This document shows, in pieces, positions 59,963 through 64,000 of a DNA stretch of 64,000 nt. A model generated the notes under the pieces. That model worked only from the letters and a program-made list of their open reading frames with translations. It was not told the origin of the DNA and did no database searches. This DNA is from Pristiophorus japonicus (Eukaryota), in assembly GCF_044704955.1 (NCBI RefSeq), contig NC_091996.1, positions 57,350,001 through 57,414,000 of the forward strand, given 5' to 3'. How positions within the stretch are numbered: position 1 is the stretch's first letter; the number at the start of each line of letters is the position of its first letter. The position numbers and the translations under genes are program-made.

Positions 59963-60509
59963 TTTGGGTTTTGAGTTGACCCGCCTCCTGAGGGAATGAT
60001 GTATTGCGCTCGGAGTGGGGGAGAGGGGCGGGGAAGAGAGTAACTTAGACAGAAAAAAGAGCCAAAACAAATAAAAATAATTGGGCATTAAAAATTGACA
60101 ATAGATTGGCAGTTACAGTGGAAGTGATAATTAGCAGGCTCTGCAGAGTCATATTATAGAAAGCATCATGTCACTCAACTTCCCAGTTCTGCAATTCTTA
60201 ATTTCCCCATAGTATCTCATTAAAATTGCACTACCTTGTTTGCTTCTGACTTTTCTACAGGCTTTCTCTTGCTGAAAAAATCCCAGTGCTGTGCTGAGGA
60301 GACACGTACTGCCAGTTCAACTTAGAGGTCATCTTTGAAGAGAAAAATCTTTGTCTATACCAACACACCTCGCTGTTTCTCCAGAGAAATGCTCAGGATT
60401 ACATGAAGGCATCTGACATCACATCAGGAGTTTTAACTCTCACTATTTGGGTTCTTTCTTTTACAGCAGTAGGTTTATGAAAATCCGCAGCAACACCCAA
60501 ACAAAGCCA

Positions 60510-60640
60510 CTGGCTTGGTTCAGTTGTTAGCATTTTTGCTTTTGAGCCAAGAAGTTGTGTGTTTGAGCCCCACTCCACGAGTTGAGCATATAATGTAGAC
60601 TGAAACTTCAGGTGCAGTACTAAGGGAGTGCTGCATTGTC
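60510..60640 (+). mobile_element. Deu-SINE 5' fragment
   Basis: Similar to 40372-40510. Confidence 0.6.
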
Positions 60641-60656
60641 CCCAAATTCAAATTTG

Positions 60657-61137
60657 AGGGAGAAATTCGATCAGGGCGCTAACTTTTTAAATTTTGAAAA
60701 TGTAGCGGCTGGCGCAAATTAATCTTAGCTGCCTGTTGGCGGCCTGGCCGAACCTGGCAGTCAGCCAACAAAATAAAACATGGTGCTGCCCGCAGCGCCA
60801 CCTCTCCTTTAAGGGTGGCCACGCCATCAAGGCACAGAAAGGGTACCAACTGCAAAAGCTGTCGGGGGCACTGACCGGTGGCAGCAACGCTCCTGCGGGG
60901 CAATTTTCAAAAGGGGCAATTTCCCACAGGGCAAGAGGTCGCCGCCGGTCGGTAAGTGGTTGGCGTGTGCACGACACGGCGGGAAAACGGGTGGAGTGTT
61001 CCCTTACCCCGCTCAACCTGAGGAAAGGGCAATTTATAAATTATGGCCCCTCCACGGAATCTCGATGGGTAGTCTGCACCAATCCGTGGCCAGCGCTTTC
61101 TGGCAGCGACGGCCCTTATGGAAAGGGCCAATTTCAC
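60657..61137. mobile_element. GC-rich MITE-like element
   Basis: Ends ggagaaatt...aatttcacc. Confidence 0.5.
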
Positions 61138-61566
61138 CACCTGGGTCTCTTTTGTCTTGAAAAAAGAGACTGAGGGGTGACCTAATAGAGGTCTTTATAA
61201 TTATGAAAGAATTTGATAGAGTGGATACAGAGAGAATGTTTCCATTTGTGGGAAAGAGCATGACTAGAGGCCATCAATACTAAACAGTCACCATGAAATC
61301 CAATTGGGAATTCAGAAGAAACTTCTTTACCCAGAGAGCGTTGAGATTATGGAACTCGCAACCACAGGGAGTGGTTGAAGCGAACAGTATAGATGCATTT
61401 AAGGGGAGGCTAGACAAGCATATAGGGAGAAGGGAATAGAGAGTAATGCTGATAGATATAGCTGAGAAAAGACGGGAGGAGGCTCGAGTAGAGCATAAAC
61501 ACCAGCATGGACTGGTTGAGCTGAATGTCCTGTTTCTAAGCTGTATATCCTATGTAATCCTATGTA
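61138..61566 (+). mobile_element. CR1 3' fragment
   Basis: 'LGLFCLEKR.LRGDLIEVF'; tail (ATCCTATGTA)n. Confidence 0.85.
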
Positions 61567-61906
61567 TTCCAATGGCCGAGTTAAGTGTTTATTCCAAGTC
61601 CAATAAGATCACCCGAGAGCACGTGATGTATCCGGTAAGTCAAACTCCAGGGACGAGGGCTATCTGTTTGATAACTGGACTTGTACTAATTAACCTAGAT
61701 ACAGGTAAAAGCAGTTCATTAGGGCTTTCCTATGGGATTGGCCTGAGATGCTGAAGCCAAAATAACTCTTTATAAATGCAGAAGTGTAGCAGGTGGCTTC
61801 GAGGCGGCCCTCACCAATCTGAAAATGGCTAGACCACACATGCATCCATTATCAGTTGGATCATCGCAGGTGTTCCACACCAGCGAGTGCTTGTTGGCTA
61901 GTTAAT

Positions 61907-62720
61907 GAGCCGGAATCTTCGGTCAAAGTAACCACAAGGCTAATGGCGCACCGTTATTTATTGATGCAGCAACTGCATGGTTATACTCAAATATCCAAAA
62001 GTTGCTGTCCGAGTTACGCCACTCTGCTGTGAGTTTCTCGAAAACAGCATCTCACTGTCTGCCGCACCGTTGACGTGCATTGAGCGGCGTGGAGTTGCTG
62101 TCTTTGTGCAGTAGAGGCGAACTAAACTCGCATGGAAAGTTAGGCATTGTCATTTCAAGTTGAAGTACCCTTTTAACAACATGATAAATGCAAATCGACC
62201 ATTCTGGCACCGAAAATTAACTATTGTCTGGAGTCTCTTTCAGGTTTTAATTGTTGAAGATTTAAAAATGTTAAAAAAATTTTTTAACATTTCTTTTCTG
62301 TCTCTTTTTTCTCTCTCTTTATCCAATATTTATTTCCCCCTCTTCCGTACCTGATTTGACATTGAATTCACGCACTCTAAATTAGAAAGAAAGACTTGCA
62401 TTTATATAGCGCCTTTCACGACCACTGGACGTCCCAAAGCGCTTTACAGCCAATGACGTACTTATTTGAAGTAAAGTCACTGTTGTAATGTAGGAACTTC
62501 CTTCTCTCAGTTTTTGCGTTGTGAATTTCGCAACCCTTCGATCGGATTGGTGAAAGTGATGCACAGTTGCTTGCCCTGTTCACTCAGGTTTCCCTCGCTG
62601 CGACGTTATCACACTTTCAGCAACATGTCACGCAACAAATTGAAAAACTTAAAACATGCAAGGGCAAATCTAACTAACAGCAGACACTGTTAGATACCCT
62701 GCATCAGCAAATTCTGGCTC
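61907..62720. mobile_element. MITE containing a SINE-tail insertion (62382-62497)
   Basis: TIR gagccggaat...attctggctc. Confidence 0.6.
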
Positions 62721-63091
62721 ATCAATTGTAGGAAGTGTAAAAATGTGCCTGACACTGTATTAGTATTTGGGTAAATCTGCCCAGCTTGCATTATCCAGTG
62801 ATGACTGTGGCTCCAAGGCATCACCCTGTATGTTGGATTCAATTGACTAATATTTGCTTTGGGAAAAACACAATTGCCATTGGTAGGAACTGAATTTTAC
62901 GCATATACCAGATAAAAATATTTACAGCACCTCAAAGAAAAGATTTGATGTTTCTGCACTGAGCCATGAAAGTAGCAGAACAAATATATCGGAAAGACTT
63001 CTTCAGTTGGTTCGGGGGAAGTGGGTGGAGAGAAGTGTTGAGGGGGTGGAGGGATGATGCAGTGATGCTCCTTATCCTCAGGCTAGACCTT

Positions 63092-63549
63092 TAAGAACAT
63101 AACATAAGAAATAGGAACAGGAGTAGGCCATACGGTCCCTCGAGCTTGCTCGCCATTTAATACCATCATGGCTGATCCAATCATGGGCTCAGGTCCACTT
63201 CCCTGCCCGCTCTCCATAACCCCTTATTCCCCTATTGTTTAAGAAACTGTCTATTTCTGTCTTAAATTTATTCAATGTCCCAACTTCCACAGCTCTCTGA
63301 GGTAGCGAATTCCACAGATCCACAACCCTCAGAGAAAAAATTTCTCCTCATCTCAGTTTTAAATGGGCGGCCCCTTATTCTAAGATTATGCCCTCCAGTT
63401 CTAGTCTCCCCTGTCAGTGTAAAAATCCTCTCTGCATCTACCTTGTCAAGCCCCCTCATAACCTTATACGTTTCGATAAGATCACCTCTCATTCTTCTGA
63501 ATTCCAATAAGTAGAGGCCCAACCTACTCAACCTTTCCTCATAAGTCAA
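63092..63549 (-). mobile_element. CR1/HER1 3' fragment
   Basis: ORF 63268..63549 'MTYEERLSRLGLY..EFRRMRGDLIETYK'. Confidence 0.92.
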
Positions 63550-64000
63550 CCATTATTCCAACAGTTTCGAATGCAACATGTATCTAGCTCTCAAAGCTGA
63601 CAGAATAAATAACTAGTGTCACTGCTTTTAAAACTGAAAATGCTGCTGTCTCAGTGTTGAAGTGATGACAGTATTAGTGGGACATGACAGTGATGTGAGC
63701 CCTCATCCAGCAAGCTCTACCTTGAAGTCCAATTGCCTTGAACTTTAAAAACTTTTAAAGCTTTAATTTTGAAACTTGCTAGTGTCAGCTAAGAGTTGCC
63801 TCTCAGTTTGCTCACACTAAAGATGCCTGTTAGTGAATGGAGCGTGTAAATGCTTACACACAAGCAGAGCTCCTCTCCCCAGACTGGACAACATGCGACT
63901 GGGCGGTATAACTCAGCACTGCTCTATCCCATTGTACATCTGGTACCAGTCTCAAGCTGGTAACTGCAGGACAATATTACTATACGATTAGCTTTTGATA

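Overview
This is eukaryotic vertebrate DNA. The repeat repertoire (HER1-like CR1 LINEs, Deu-domain SINEs with L2 tails, BovB-like RTE, LF-SINE-like pieces) points to a cartilaginous fish (shark); that assignment is an inference. I found no intact host gene, rRNA, tRNA or CRISPR. Most of the window is nested transposable elements: three Gypsy LTR elements (one carrying only gag and protease), one RT-less BEL/Pao element, three solo LTRs, a two-gene PIF/Harbinger element inside a Penelope-type inverted repeat with a hammerhead-ribozyme motif, many CR1/L2/RTE fragments and several MITEs. The most notable structure is at 20073-26597. A ~280-bp solo LTR there has been hit six times at one site by Tx1-clade non-LTR retrotransposons, giving a head-to-tail array separated by seven copies of a 15-bp target duplication. 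A separate Tx1 copy at 56789-57161 shares the AAACCTG target core, which suggests a sequence-preferring retrotransposon that targets another retrotransposon's LTR. Boundaries were read by eye and no database searches were run.
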